Assembly (NCBI GenBank): GCA_023461035.1
Contig: JAEWOD010000037.1
Coordinates: 1,057-65,056, forward strand
Length of the DNA stretch: 64,000 bases
DNA from: Bacteroidota bacterium
GTDB taxonomy: Bacteria; Bacteroidota; Bacteroidia; Flavobacteriales; Weeksellaceae
Reading direction: 5' to 3'
The notes under the pieces are model-generated. The model ran no database searches. It was given only the letters and a program-made list of their open reading frames with translations, and had not been told where the DNA came from. Below are positions 48,107 through 57,223 of this stretch, piece by piece; the stretch's first letter is position 1; every line of letters starts with the position of its first letter. The position numbers and the translations under genes were made by a program.

Positions 48107-49693
48107 TTAAACCACATTTTCTACACTTTCCTGCTCCAAATATTTAATAAAGGAGGAAGGTGAAATAGAAGTTACTTTTTTAAAAACGGTTGCAAATTTA
48201 TTTTGTGATGAGAAACCCGATTCATCGGCAAGCGTAGCAATTTTATATTTCCTGTATAATGGATTCTCATTTAGCTTTTTGATTATATAATTGATACGAA
48301 GCTCATTTATATAATTATTGAAATCCTGCTTTTTATAAGTATTGATGATATGGGAAAGGTATTTGGTATTTGTCTCACAATAGGTGGCCAATGAGGAGAG
48401 TGAGATGCTGTTTTGGGTAAATAGTCCCGAGGCTTCAAATTTTTCTAATTTGGCCAAAAGCTTTTCTTCGGTTCCTGAAGTCATTATTCCCAAACGTTCA
48501 GAATCCTTCAACTCATTGTCTGAGAATTCATTTAAAATAGATGATTTTAAGGACACAGACTTAATAGGTTCAGATTGCTTTTTTTCCAGTTCGCTAATGA
48601 TTTGCTTAATCTTAAGGATGTTTTTCTTTTGGGTTTGTCTATAATAGAAAAAATAGGAGATACCACAAAAAAATAATAAGATTGAAATCAACAGAATTTT
48701 ATTTTTAAAACTCACATCCTGCTTATAGAAAGTATTTTCTTCTTTTACTTCGTTAAACGAATTATCAATAAATGTGGTTTTATTTTTAATTATCTCTTCT
48801 GATATTGCATCTTGCTTTTTTCTGGCAGCTGTTAAACTTTCCATATCTTTAATGAGCATAAAATATTCTTGAGAAGTATTGTATATCTCATTTTTCAATT
48901 CAAGATAATTAGAACTCTCCGCAATTGTTTTTGCACTATCCAGATATGATTTTGCTGTTTCAAATTCTTCTCTTTTTAAATAATTTCTTGCTAAACCATC
49001 AAAAATTAATCCTTTAACATAATTGTCCGGTAAATCACCATATAATTCCAAAGCTCTCTCATAGTGCTTTAGAGACAATTCTTTTTTATTTAATTTTAAA
49101 TAACACGCGCCCATCAATTGCTCGTTTTGAGCTAGAAAGTAATCTTTATCTATTTTTACCTTTTCAAAATAATTCTGAGACAATTCCAAATATTTAAGCG
49201 CTTGGATATGTTTTTTTTGAGTAATCTCTCGAAAAGCCATTTCTTGAAGAAGCATAGCCTGTGTACTGTATTTGGTTTCTCCTTCTTCTATTTTTTCAGT
49301 ATTTTCAAATGCCAAATCTGCATATTTTTTGGAATGATTATACAAACCTGTTATGCGGTATTGTGTTGCTAAAAATCCATAAACCCTGGAAATCCAAAAA
49401 TAATTATCCGACTTTATTATAATGTCTTCAGCTCTTAAAGCATAATCAATGGCCGATTGTATATCTCCTGAATGCTGGTACAGTGTTGCAGAAAGCATTA
49501 AACTTTTAGTTTGAAGAATGGGTGTTTCTGAGACCCTGTAAAGAGAATCAGCAATCCGGATGGCTTTCGGGAAATCTTTCTGCGATGTTTCTAAATAGGT
49601 TTTGTTATAAATGAAATTAAATGATTCCTCATTTTGCGCATTTAATTGTATAAATAAAAAAGATGCAACTACAATAAATAAATATCTATTCAT
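48107..49693 (-). CDS. Membrane-anchored AraC family regulator with periplasmic TPR-like sensor
   Basis: Signal peptide, helical repeats, TM, then TNTKYLSHIIN...FNNYINELRI...LADESGFSS...FKKVTSISPS; TACCTTTG element at 49755-49762. Confidence 0.9.
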   Translation of the reverse strand: MNRYLFIVVASFLFIQLNAQNEESFNFIYNKTYLETSQKDFPKAIRIADSLYRVSETPILQTKSLMLSATLYQHSGDIQSAIDYALRAEDIIIKSDNYFWISRVYGFLATQYRITGLYNHSKKYADLAFENTEKIEEGETKYSTQAMLLQEMAFREITQKKHIQALKYLELSQNYFEKVKIDKDYFLAQNEQLMGACYLKLNKKELSLKHYERALELYGDLPDNYVKGLIFDGLARNYLKREEFETAKSYLDSAKTIAESSNYLELKNEIYNTSQEYFMLIKDMESLTAARKKQDAISEEIIKNKTTFIDNSFNEVKEENTFYKQDVSFKNKILLISILLFFCGISYFFYYRQTQKKNILKIKQIISELEKKQSEPIKSVSLKSSILNEFSDNELKDSERLGIMTSGTEEKLLAKLEKFEASGLFTQNSISLSSLATYCETNTKYLSHIINTYKKQDFNNYINELRINYIIKKLNENPLYRKYKIATLADESGFSSQNKFATVFKKVTSISPSSFIKYLEQESVENVV

Positions 49694-49946
49694 GTGCTAA
49701 GCTAATACCTAGTTAGTACTATAATTAATGTCAATTAGGTAAGAGTTGATATCCCAAAGGTATTGTTTTAAAAAGTCTGATAATAAAACGAAAGCTTTTA
49801 TTTTCAGGAATTTCAAAACAATTCTTATCATTTTCATGAAAATGATAAATTCGCATCAATACGTAAAAATATTTAATTTAAATATTTATGTCTTTCAAAT
49901 TGACTGTTTCTGTCTTTAAACTTTAAGATTCCAATTCATCAACCTC

Positions 49947-49979
49947 AAAAAAAATAGGCTGACAAATATGTCAGCCTAT
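49947..49979 (-). terminator. Intrinsic terminator
   Basis: ataggctgaca-4nt-tgtcagcctat with an adjacent A run (T run on the minus strand). Confidence 0.8.
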
Positions 49980-50052
49980 ATAAGTATATCAATTATGTGA
50001 TTAAGTGGCTGTTTTATTTCATGGATACTCTAAATATAACGTTTGATTTAGA

Positions 50053-51354
50053 TTATAATTCCACAAGTTCTGAAATATGGCTTGCTTTTTTAATCAATTT
50101 GTTGTCTTTATCGACCAACAATAAAGTCGGTGTGGATGAAATCCCGTAATCCAACACCGGTTTGCTGTCCCATTGTAAAAAGTCGGAATAACTGAACCAT
50201 TCAAAATCTTTGGTAGCTTCTCTGTATGCGGATTCATCAAAATCCAAAGAAATACTTACAATCTCACCACCTGAGAGTTTAAAATTCCGATAATATTCTT
50301 TTACAAACGGCATTTCTTCATTACAAGCTGGACACCAGGAAGCCCAGAAAATGATGATTTTTTTGTCGGCCTTCACATCATAAAGTGATTTGGCGCCTTT
50401 CACCGGTTTATCAAAAGTGATGTTTGGCACAACACTGCCAACTGTCGTGCTGTTATGGGCAGCTAAATTTGATTTTAACTCATCCGTAATTTCACAGGTA
50501 AGTGCATTAGCTTTTGCATAGTATTTTTCCAAAAGCGGCTCAAATTGTTCAGACGGCAATGTCAGAAAAACGGTAGAAAGAACTTTCTGACCACGTGGCG
50601 TTTCCAGGTCGGTTTTTACCAAAAGCTCATCGATTTCTTTTTCGATTGTTGCATTTACCTGTTCCTGAGAAGTTGCGTCCACTATGGAAGCTCTGAGATA
50701 ATCCAAAACGAGTTTGAACATAAATCCGGAGCCTTCCAGATAGGTATTGTCATTGACCAAATGCGTCAGGATATTTTCTTTATGTATACTAGCCGAAGCT
50801 TTGTTATCAAATGTAGTATTGGCTAAATCACTGATGGTCACATAATATTTTAAAAGCGGTAAATCTGTAGAAGCATTCAGTTTACCGATTCTGGTTTCTT
50901 CTTTTAAAATAGCTTGATAGAATTCGTCTTTCTCACCATATAATGGTTTGATGACAGGAAAAACATTGGTTTTCAAATCGATAAGTCCTTGTAAGGAAGT
51001 ATAATTCTGAAATCCTGCTGCCGTTTTTCCTTGTTTAAATTCTATTTCTACAAAAGCATTATTTTCCAATTTTGCTACAAAATCAACATTTTCATTGTCA
51101 CTCAAGATATCGAGTGAAGCATGTCTGGAAGCATCTGCAATACGAACTATCCCACTAAATTTACGCGGAATCTGAACAGAGAATTTTCCAGTCTTATCTG
51201 TTTTTACTTTGTTTATTAATATATCTGTCGGCCCGTCAAAAATTCTGACCTGAACATATTTTTCCTGATAATTTTTTATTTCACCTGTAATTTTAAATTG
51301 AGCATTTAAGTTACAGGTAAAAATAAATACCAATACGGCGATAAGGTTCTTCAT
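50053..51354 (-). CDS. TlpA-family thiol:disulfide oxidoreductase
   Basis: Signal peptide; C-terminal thioredoxin fold FWASWCPAC and STP; own TACATTTG element at 51371-51378. Confidence 0.87.
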   Translation of the reverse strand: MKNLIAVLVFIFTCNLNAQFKITGEIKNYQEKYVQVRIFDGPTDILINKVKTDKTGKFSVQIPRKFSGIVRIADASRHASLDILSDNENVDFVAKLENNAFVEIEFKQGKTAAGFQNYTSLQGLIDLKTNVFPVIKPLYGEKDEFYQAILKEETRIGKLNASTDLPLLKYYVTISDLANTTFDNKASASIHKENILTHLVNDNTYLEGSGFMFKLVLDYLRASIVDATSQEQVNATIEKEIDELLVKTDLETPRGQKVLSTVFLTLPSEQFEPLLEKYYAKANALTCEITDELKSNLAAHNSTTVGSVVPNITFDKPVKGAKSLYDVKADKKIIIFWASWCPACNEEMPFVKEYYRNFKLSGGEIVSISLDFDESAYREATKDFEWFSYSDFLQWDSKPVLDYGISSTPTLLLVDKDNKLIKKASHISELVEL

Positions 51355-51377
51355 TCTATTAATTTTTTTTCAAATGT

Positions 51378-51408
51378 AAAAAAACCCTTTCTGATAGGAA
51401 AGGGTTTG
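51378..51408 (-). terminator. Intrinsic terminator closing the second T9SS-PID operon
   Basis: aaacccttt-ctgatagg-aaagggttt with an adjacent A run. Confidence 0.7.
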
Positions 51409-51429
51409 AATTATATAAAAACAGTAAAA

Positions 51430-51645
51430 TTATAATCTAATTAATTTCCTTTGATTCCATACAAAATAAGCGGCTAAAATCACAACCATCATCAATAAAA
51501 CGAATACATACTGATCAATAGGTGTGCTTGGGGCTCCCGGACCACCCGCATCTTCACCTTGATCTGGTGGGGGTGGAACTTGTGATAGGACTTTGATGAC
51601 AGGTAATAGGAAAGTCAAAAGGGTTAATATAATATTTTTCATCAA
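51430..51645 (-). CDS. Small PID-CTERM-like peptide
   Basis: Signal peptide, QVPPPPDQGEDAGGPGAPSTPIDQYVFVLLMMVVILAAYFVWNQRKLIRL. Confidence 0.8.
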   Translation of the reverse strand: MMKNIILTLLTFLLPVIKVLSQVPPPPDQGEDAGGPGAPSTPIDQYVFVLLMMVVILAAYFVWNQRKLIRL

Positions 51646-51673
51646 ATTGGGTTTTTGGTTTTGGTTGATAGTC

Positions 51674-53677
51674 TTATTTTATGATTTTTTGAGTATATAC
51701 TTCTCCTGTATTGGACTCAGCTTTTATTACATAAATTCCGGATGTTGGTAATTTTAATTCGAAATCGTTATGTGTATTTACATTTTCAAAAGACATAATA
51801 CTTCTTCCACTCATATCATATACTTTTATATTTGCAGAATCCCATTGGGCATTAAATCGGATTTTATGTGTTTGCTGATCTTTATAAATTACAGTAGAAC
51901 CGGCAATTAGCGTTTCTTCCATTTCGCCTTTGTTAAATACCGGACCACCATTCCAGTAAATTGTATATCTATTATCCAATGCTTTTTCAGAAACATTTAC
52001 ATAATAATTGAAGTCAGTTGTAATCGGCATCAATACATCTTCTGTTCTATCATAGAAAAAGAAGGAATTTCCGTCTACATAATTATTTTCTTCGGTTAAT
52101 TGAGTAAAAATATCTTTATAGAATAAATCAGCTTTTATGTAATATCCCTGAAGATCTCCGGCCTTTCTGTTGAAAAACATAGGAATAGGCTTATTTATAT
52201 AACCTGTATTTACCGTATTGATGTGCATTTTTCGTGTAGGAATAGCACCAGTTGACTCTCCTTCTTGCACCAAATAAAATCCGGTTCTGGATCCAAAATC
52301 AGAATATTCTGATTCCAAAGCATTAGGCACTCCATTTACCACACCTGCATTCGTAACGACTACATAGGCTTTATTTCCTGTTGGCGCACCATTGCTATGA
52401 TATAAACTTAGTCCGAGTTGATAAAATCTAGGGATAGCAGAAGATGATGTAAAAAATCCGAAACCGTCCTCTGAAACATCAATATTTCCTCCTTCAAAAT
52501 CTTCATTTTTCGGTGTAACGACACCTCCTCCCAATGAGTTTGGAGTCATGCTAAATGTTTTCAGTTTATCACTGAAATTAATCACACGATTACCTGTGTT
52601 AGTCGCAGCATTATTCAACACGATGATAAACGGCTCAAAAGGTTTTACCAATAATGCGCTGGCGTCTCCCGCCCATACATTGGTAGATTCATTGTAAGTA
52701 GCCACAATCATACCTGAAGAGGCGGATCCGCCTTGTGCTGTATAATTCAAATCTGCAACTCTAGCAACAGCTAAAAGTCCGTCAATATCATTACCATCAT
52801 CATATCCGGGTGTTGCAGGAGAACCGATATAAGCTAAATCGATGTTGGAAGTATATGGATTTCCAAATTGGAAATAATTTCTACCATAACCTGCATCATC
52901 AGATACCATTCTAACTTTATCGTCTATATAAGTTGAATATTTTTCGTTGTAATTATTTTTTAAATTTTTCCAGCTACTCCATCCGGCACCATCAAAATTG
53001 TACATATTAGTATTCATCGGGATGTTTAAAAAGGCCTCATTTGAAGGAACACCCTTGTACGCAAGTTTTACATTGCTTTCCATGATAGGTTTGATGTTTG
53101 CTGAATTATATTCTAAATTCAGAATATAGTAAGCGGTAGGGCTATTGTTATCCAATGGAGCACCGGCGTTAAAATGATCAAATTCCGGTTTATCTATATT
53201 ATCCCACACCATCATAGATTTATAATATCGGCTATTTGATGTAGAATAAGTGGCTCCGAAAAGGTTGGTCATAGCCTCATCTACATTAGCAAAATGAAAT
53301 GGGATGGCAAATTGACCCCAGTTAAATACAGCCGGGTCAATGATTCCCTTTTCCATCGTAAGTCTCCCGGCATCACTATTTTCATTGATGATTACCTGTC
53401 CATAGCTGGTATTGTTACTAGGAACATCCCAAGTATTTACAAAATTGGCACCGGTGGCACTTGCATTTACATAGTCACCTTCAACTATAATGTTCCCGGC
53501 GTTTTCTAATACAGCATTTGTGGTTGAAGTTACATTCAGATTATCACCAAAGTAAACTAAAGTGTTTGGTTCCACTTTCACTTTGGCTGTTCCGGTTACA
53601 TAGGTCTCTTGTGCATTGGACACTCCGAAAGCTAATCCCATACACGTGGCTAATAAGAAGTAGTTGATACTTTTCAT
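51674..53677 (-). CDS. Secreted T9SS cargo protein (667 aa)
   Basis: Signal peptide ending SNAQ; FGNPYTSNIDL; C-terminal VYDMSGR...SGIYVIKAE...TQKIIK; TATATTTG element at 53736-53743. Confidence 0.87.
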   Translation of the reverse strand: MKSINYFLLATCMGLAFGVSNAQETYVTGTAKVKVEPNTLVYFGDNLNVTSTTNAVLENAGNIIVEGDYVNASATGANFVNTWDVPSNNTSYGQVIINENSDAGRLTMEKGIIDPAVFNWGQFAIPFHFANVDEAMTNLFGATYSTSNSRYYKSMMVWDNIDKPEFDHFNAGAPLDNNSPTAYYILNLEYNSANIKPIMESNVKLAYKGVPSNEAFLNIPMNTNMYNFDGAGWSSWKNLKNNYNEKYSTYIDDKVRMVSDDAGYGRNYFQFGNPYTSNIDLAYIGSPATPGYDDGNDIDGLLAVARVADLNYTAQGGSASSGMIVATYNESTNVWAGDASALLVKPFEPFIIVLNNAATNTGNRVINFSDKLKTFSMTPNSLGGGVVTPKNEDFEGGNIDVSEDGFGFFTSSSAIPRFYQLGLSLYHSNGAPTGNKAYVVVTNAGVVNGVPNALESEYSDFGSRTGFYLVQEGESTGAIPTRKMHINTVNTGYINKPIPMFFNRKAGDLQGYYIKADLFYKDIFTQLTEENNYVDGNSFFFYDRTEDVLMPITTDFNYYVNVSEKALDNRYTIYWNGGPVFNKGEMEETLIAGSTVIYKDQQTHKIRFNAQWDSANIKVYDMSGRSIMSFENVNTHNDFELKLPTSGIYVIKAESNTGEVYTQKIIK

Positions 53678-53770
53678 ATGATTTATTTAGGGTTGGTTTA
53701 TTCAATTTAAAATTTCGCTTTTGCAAAATTTGATACAAATATAGGCAATTTTTCTATTTACGAAATCTAT

Positions 53771-54994
53771 TTAACCTATTTTTCGCACTTTCTTAAGGTC
53801 ATTATTAATTTTCGCATGGTTTTCAATTTTTTCCCGTGTCAATATGAATTTTTCGGGCAATTCATCTATACCATACATCAAATCCGTAAAAATTTCTTCT
53901 GTAACCGATCGTAAACCTCTGGCTCCCAATCCTAATTCGTCAGCCTTTTCTACAATATAGTCCAGCGCATCTTCCTTAACGATCAATTCAATTCCATCCA
54001 ATTCAAATAGCCTTTCGTATTGTTTGATCAAAGCATTTTTAGGCTCCGTTAAAATTTGTTTCATTGCTTTTTCATCAAGCGGTGTAAGATTGGCTATAAT
54101 AGGCAAACGCCCAATTAATTCCGGAATCAATCCAAAAGATTTTAAATCCATGGCATTCACTTCTTTCAGTAAATCTTGCGAATGTTTAGCATCCTCTTCA
54201 TTTTTGAACCCTATGACATGTGTATTGAGTCGGTTGGCGATGTGACGTTCTATACCTGAAAAAGCACCACCGGCTATAAACAATATATCTTTGGTGTTTA
54301 CTTCTACAAATTTCTGATCGGGATGTTTTCTGCCTCCTTTCGGTGGAACGTTTACTATGGTTCCTTCCAGGATTTTCAACATCGCCTGTTGAACGCCTTC
54401 TCCCGAGACATCTCTTGTTATGGATGGATTATCGCTTTTGCGGGCTATTTTATCAATTTCATCAATGAACACGATTCCTTGCTCCGCCAAATCCACATTA
54501 TAATTGGCATCTTGTAACAGTCGTGTCAAAATGCTTTCCACGTCTTCACCCACATATCCGGCTTCTGTTAAAACCGTTGCATCTACTATGGCAAACGGAA
54601 CATTTAACATACGGGCAATCGATTTGGCCAGCAATGTCTTTCCGCTTCCGGTTTCACCTACCAAAATGACATTGGATTTATCGATTTCTACTTCATTTTC
54701 TTCCCGCGTCGGATTTAAAATCCGTTTGTAATGATTAAATACCGCAACCGATAAAATCTTTTTGGCATGATCCTGACCTATGATATAATCATCCAGAAAT
54801 TTCTTGATCTCTTTAGGCGATTTAAGCGGTAAAGGATTTACCAGCTTGCTCTTATTTTTAAACGAAACCTCCTCTACCACTATTCCGTGAGCCTGTTCTA
54901 TACACTGATCACAAATATGTCCGTCAATTCCGGCAACCAGCAAATTAACTTCACTCTTTCCTCTTCCGCAAAATGAACATTTATTCTCTTCCAA
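53771..54994 (-). CDS. clpX: ATP-dependent Clp protease ATP-binding subunit
   Basis: Zn-binding [27 protein letters not shown] and IGF loop; TTG start; TACCTTTG element at 55016-55023. Confidence 0.96.
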   Translation of the reverse strand: MEENKCSFCGRGKSEVNLLVAGIDGHICDQCIEQAHGIVVEEVSFKNKSKLVNPLPLKSPKEIKKFLDDYIIGQDHAKKILSVAVFNHYKRILNPTREENEVEIDKSNVILVGETGSGKTLLAKSIARMLNVPFAIVDATVLTEAGYVGEDVESILTRLLQDANYNVDLAEQGIVFIDEIDKIARKSDNPSITRDVSGEGVQQAMLKILEGTIVNVPPKGGRKHPDQKFVEVNTKDILFIAGGAFSGIERHIANRLNTHVIGFKNEEDAKHSQDLLKEVNAMDLKSFGLIPELIGRLPIIANLTPLDEKAMKQILTEPKNALIKQYERLFELDGIELIVKEDALDYIVEKADELGLGARGLRSVTEEIFTDLMYGIDELPEKFILTREKIENHAKINNDLKKVRKIG

Positions 54995-55048
54995 TTTGAA
55001 ATAAATTTAAGTTCACAAAGGTATGAATAAAATATTTTTATCTAAAGT

Positions 55049-55879
55049 CTAATTTGGGATAAACCTTTGTAGAATCCGCTTGGGAATTAAATTTCTAATC
55101 TCTTTGTCATTGAGTAAAAAACCATATAACAGCATCACGATGAGTTCAAATTTCCACAACTCAAATTGAACCAACATCAAAATATGAATGAGAATCGAAA
55201 GCAAAATAGCTATGCCTCTCGTCTTTTTCCAAATCACCATCGGAACAAATGCCAATTGTTGCAAGATGATAAAATAATTGACCGATTTTGCAAGGAATTC
55301 GTTTGAAAGTATTGAATACCAATTGCTTTCCTGAAATCCCGGATATTGTGAAAAACTATAAAAAACAGCAATTCCCTGCTGCCAGTCCTTGTCCAAAATC
55401 TTGAAATAAGCATTATTTAAATAAATCAGAAACACATGTAAAATGATAGACCAAATTGCCAATTGGGAGACAAATGGAAATCGGCCTTTTGATCGATGCA
55501 CGGCTAAATATTGAAAACTGTCTGCAAAAACAAAATACAATAAGCTGAATTTCAATATAGTATCACCCCAAGTCATCAAAGGAAGCGTCAATTGCAACAT
55601 TAAAAAATGAAAAACAAATACCAAAAAACTACTGATGTTTTTTCCGATTCCCAGAATAAACAGCATCAAAATCAAACCATAGACCGATAAAAATAAAGTT
55701 GAATGCTCAGCTAACTGAGCGATAAAACCGGTTTGCGGCAAAAAAGAATTGAACTCCGGATTAAATAAAACATCAGTCGCAGGAATAAAAGAAACCAAAT
55801 CTGCCAATAAGACCAATCCGATCAAAACCCTGAAAATGGAAGGATAAATCCTTCGCTCTGCCATCCAAAACTCTTTCAT
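55049..55879 (-). CDS. HTTM-domain membrane protein (SdpB / vitamin K-dependent carboxylase-like)
   Basis: Polytopic; FRVLIG, WGD, IYLNNAYFKILDKDWQQG and IHI...F motifs. Confidence 0.75.
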   Translation of the reverse strand: MKEFWMAERRIYPSIFRVLIGLVLLADLVSFIPATDVLFNPEFNSFLPQTGFIAQLAEHSTLFLSVYGLILMLFILGIGKNISSFLVFVFHFLMLQLTLPLMTWGDTILKFSLLYFVFADSFQYLAVHRSKGRFPFVSQLAIWSIILHVFLIYLNNAYFKILDKDWQQGIAVFYSFSQYPGFQESNWYSILSNEFLAKSVNYFIILQQLAFVPMVIWKKTRGIAILLSILIHILMLVQFELWKFELIVMLLYGFLLNDKEIRNLIPKRILQRFIPN

Positions 55880-56469
55880 GGGTTGATAATTAAGGATGTT
55901 TGAAAGAATGTTTTTTCACCTACTTTATAAGTGAAATCGTCACCATAATCAGGTGCATAGGGAATTACCATCGGTTTGCGCATGACGGAAATCGAAACGC
56001 TATCCGCTTTGATTTCGGGATTTTCCAGCAAATAAAGTTGTGGGAAATTTTTAAGGTTCTCCACGATCGGAATCAATTCCTGATTGGTTAAAACTTGTTT
56101 CTCAAAATCGTTTACTTTCTGTTTGTACAATTCGTTGTACAAAGATTTCTGGTAATTATAATCCAACTTTTTAATCAATCCTCCAAAAAGTCGCTCTTTT
56201 ACAAAAGCTGATTTTTTAAAGATGACCGATTTTTCGTTTTCCTTTTCTATAAAATCCGAAATGTAGAATTTTCCCTTCAGTTCTCCTTCTGCATAAAATT
56301 CGTAGTAAACATCATAATTGGTATTGGTAACCGGTGCAAACATCCGGTAACCCGTCGGGATTGTTTCCCGAAATTGAGTCTTTAACTGATTTCCAGCAAA
56401 AAAGGTTACTCCGTACACTCCTGCCCAATAAAGCAGAAAAAGTGTAAAAAGTAACCTTTTCGGTTTCAT
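55876..56469 (-). CDS. SdpA/DUF5819-like membrane-anchored protein
   Basis: N-terminal TM followed by IPTGYRMFAP; ATGA overlap with the HTTM gene. Confidence 0.6.
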   Translation of the reverse strand: MKPKRLLFTLFLLYWAGVYGVTFFAGNQLKTQFRETIPTGYRMFAPVTNTNYDVYYEFYAEGELKGKFYISDFIEKENEKSVIFKKSAFVKERLFGGLIKKLDYNYQKSLYNELYKQKVNDFEKQVLTNQELIPIVENLKNFPQLYLLENPEIKADSVSISVMRKPMVIPYAPDYGDDFTYKVGEKTFFQTSLIINP

Positions 56470-56480
56470 TTTAAAAATGA

Positions 56481-57143
56481 TTATTTTCTCGGTAACAAAA
56501 CTTCGTCCACCATTCCATAGTCTTTTGCTTCTGCAGAAGTCATCCAGTAATCGCGCTCTCCGTCCTTCTGAATTCTTTCAAATGGTTGTCCGGAATGATG
56601 TGCAATGATACTGTACAATTCATCCTTCAACATCAAAATCTGTTTCAATGTGATTTCCATATCAGTCGCTTGTCCCTGCGCTCCACCCAACGGCTGATGA
56701 ATCATCACCCTTGAATGTTTCAAAGCCGAACGTTTTCCCTTTGCTCCGGCACAAAGAAGAACGGCTCCCATAGAAGCTGCCATCCCGGTACAGATCGTCG
56801 CTACATCCGGTTTTACGATTTGCATCGTATCATAAATCCCCAAACCTGCATGAACACCTCCTCCCGGAGAATTGATGTAAATCTGAATATCTTTAGATGC
56901 ATCTACACTTTCCAAAAACAATAACTGCGCCTGTATGATATTGGCAATTTCATCATTAATCGGTGTTCCCAGAAAGATGATTCTGTCCATCATCAATCGG
57001 GAAAAAACATCCATCTGAGCAACATTCAGTTTGCGTTCCTCCACTATATATGGCGTCATGCTTTCTACATAGCTGTCCACATGAAGGCTGCTGATATTCT
57101 GATGTCCCGTTGCGTATTTTTTAAATTCTTTTCCTAAATCCAT
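56481..57143 (-). CDS. clpP: ATP-dependent Clp protease proteolytic subunit
   Basis: YINSPGG, GMAASMG, MIHQP and ERD motifs. Confidence 0.96.
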   Translation of the reverse strand: MDLGKEFKKYATGHQNISSLHVDSYVESMTPYIVEERKLNVAQMDVFSRLMMDRIIFLGTPINDEIANIIQAQLLFLESVDASKDIQIYINSPGGGVHAGLGIYDTMQIVKPDVATICTGMAASMGAVLLCAGAKGKRSALKHSRVMIHQPLGGAQGQATDMEITLKQILMLKDELYSIIAHHSGQPFERIQKDGERDYWMTSAEAKDYGMVDEVLLPRK

Positions 57144-57223
57144 AATTCGTATTTGTTACAATGATAGTAAACATTTCAAAAATAATACAAATCTTATTTT
57201 ACTGACGAATTGTCCAGTTTTAA

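Noticed and set aside
50053..51354. TlpA oxidoreductase as a third gene of the T9SS-PID operon
   Set aside because: A terminator (51378-51408) and its own TACATTTG element separate it, and locus 1 has no such gene
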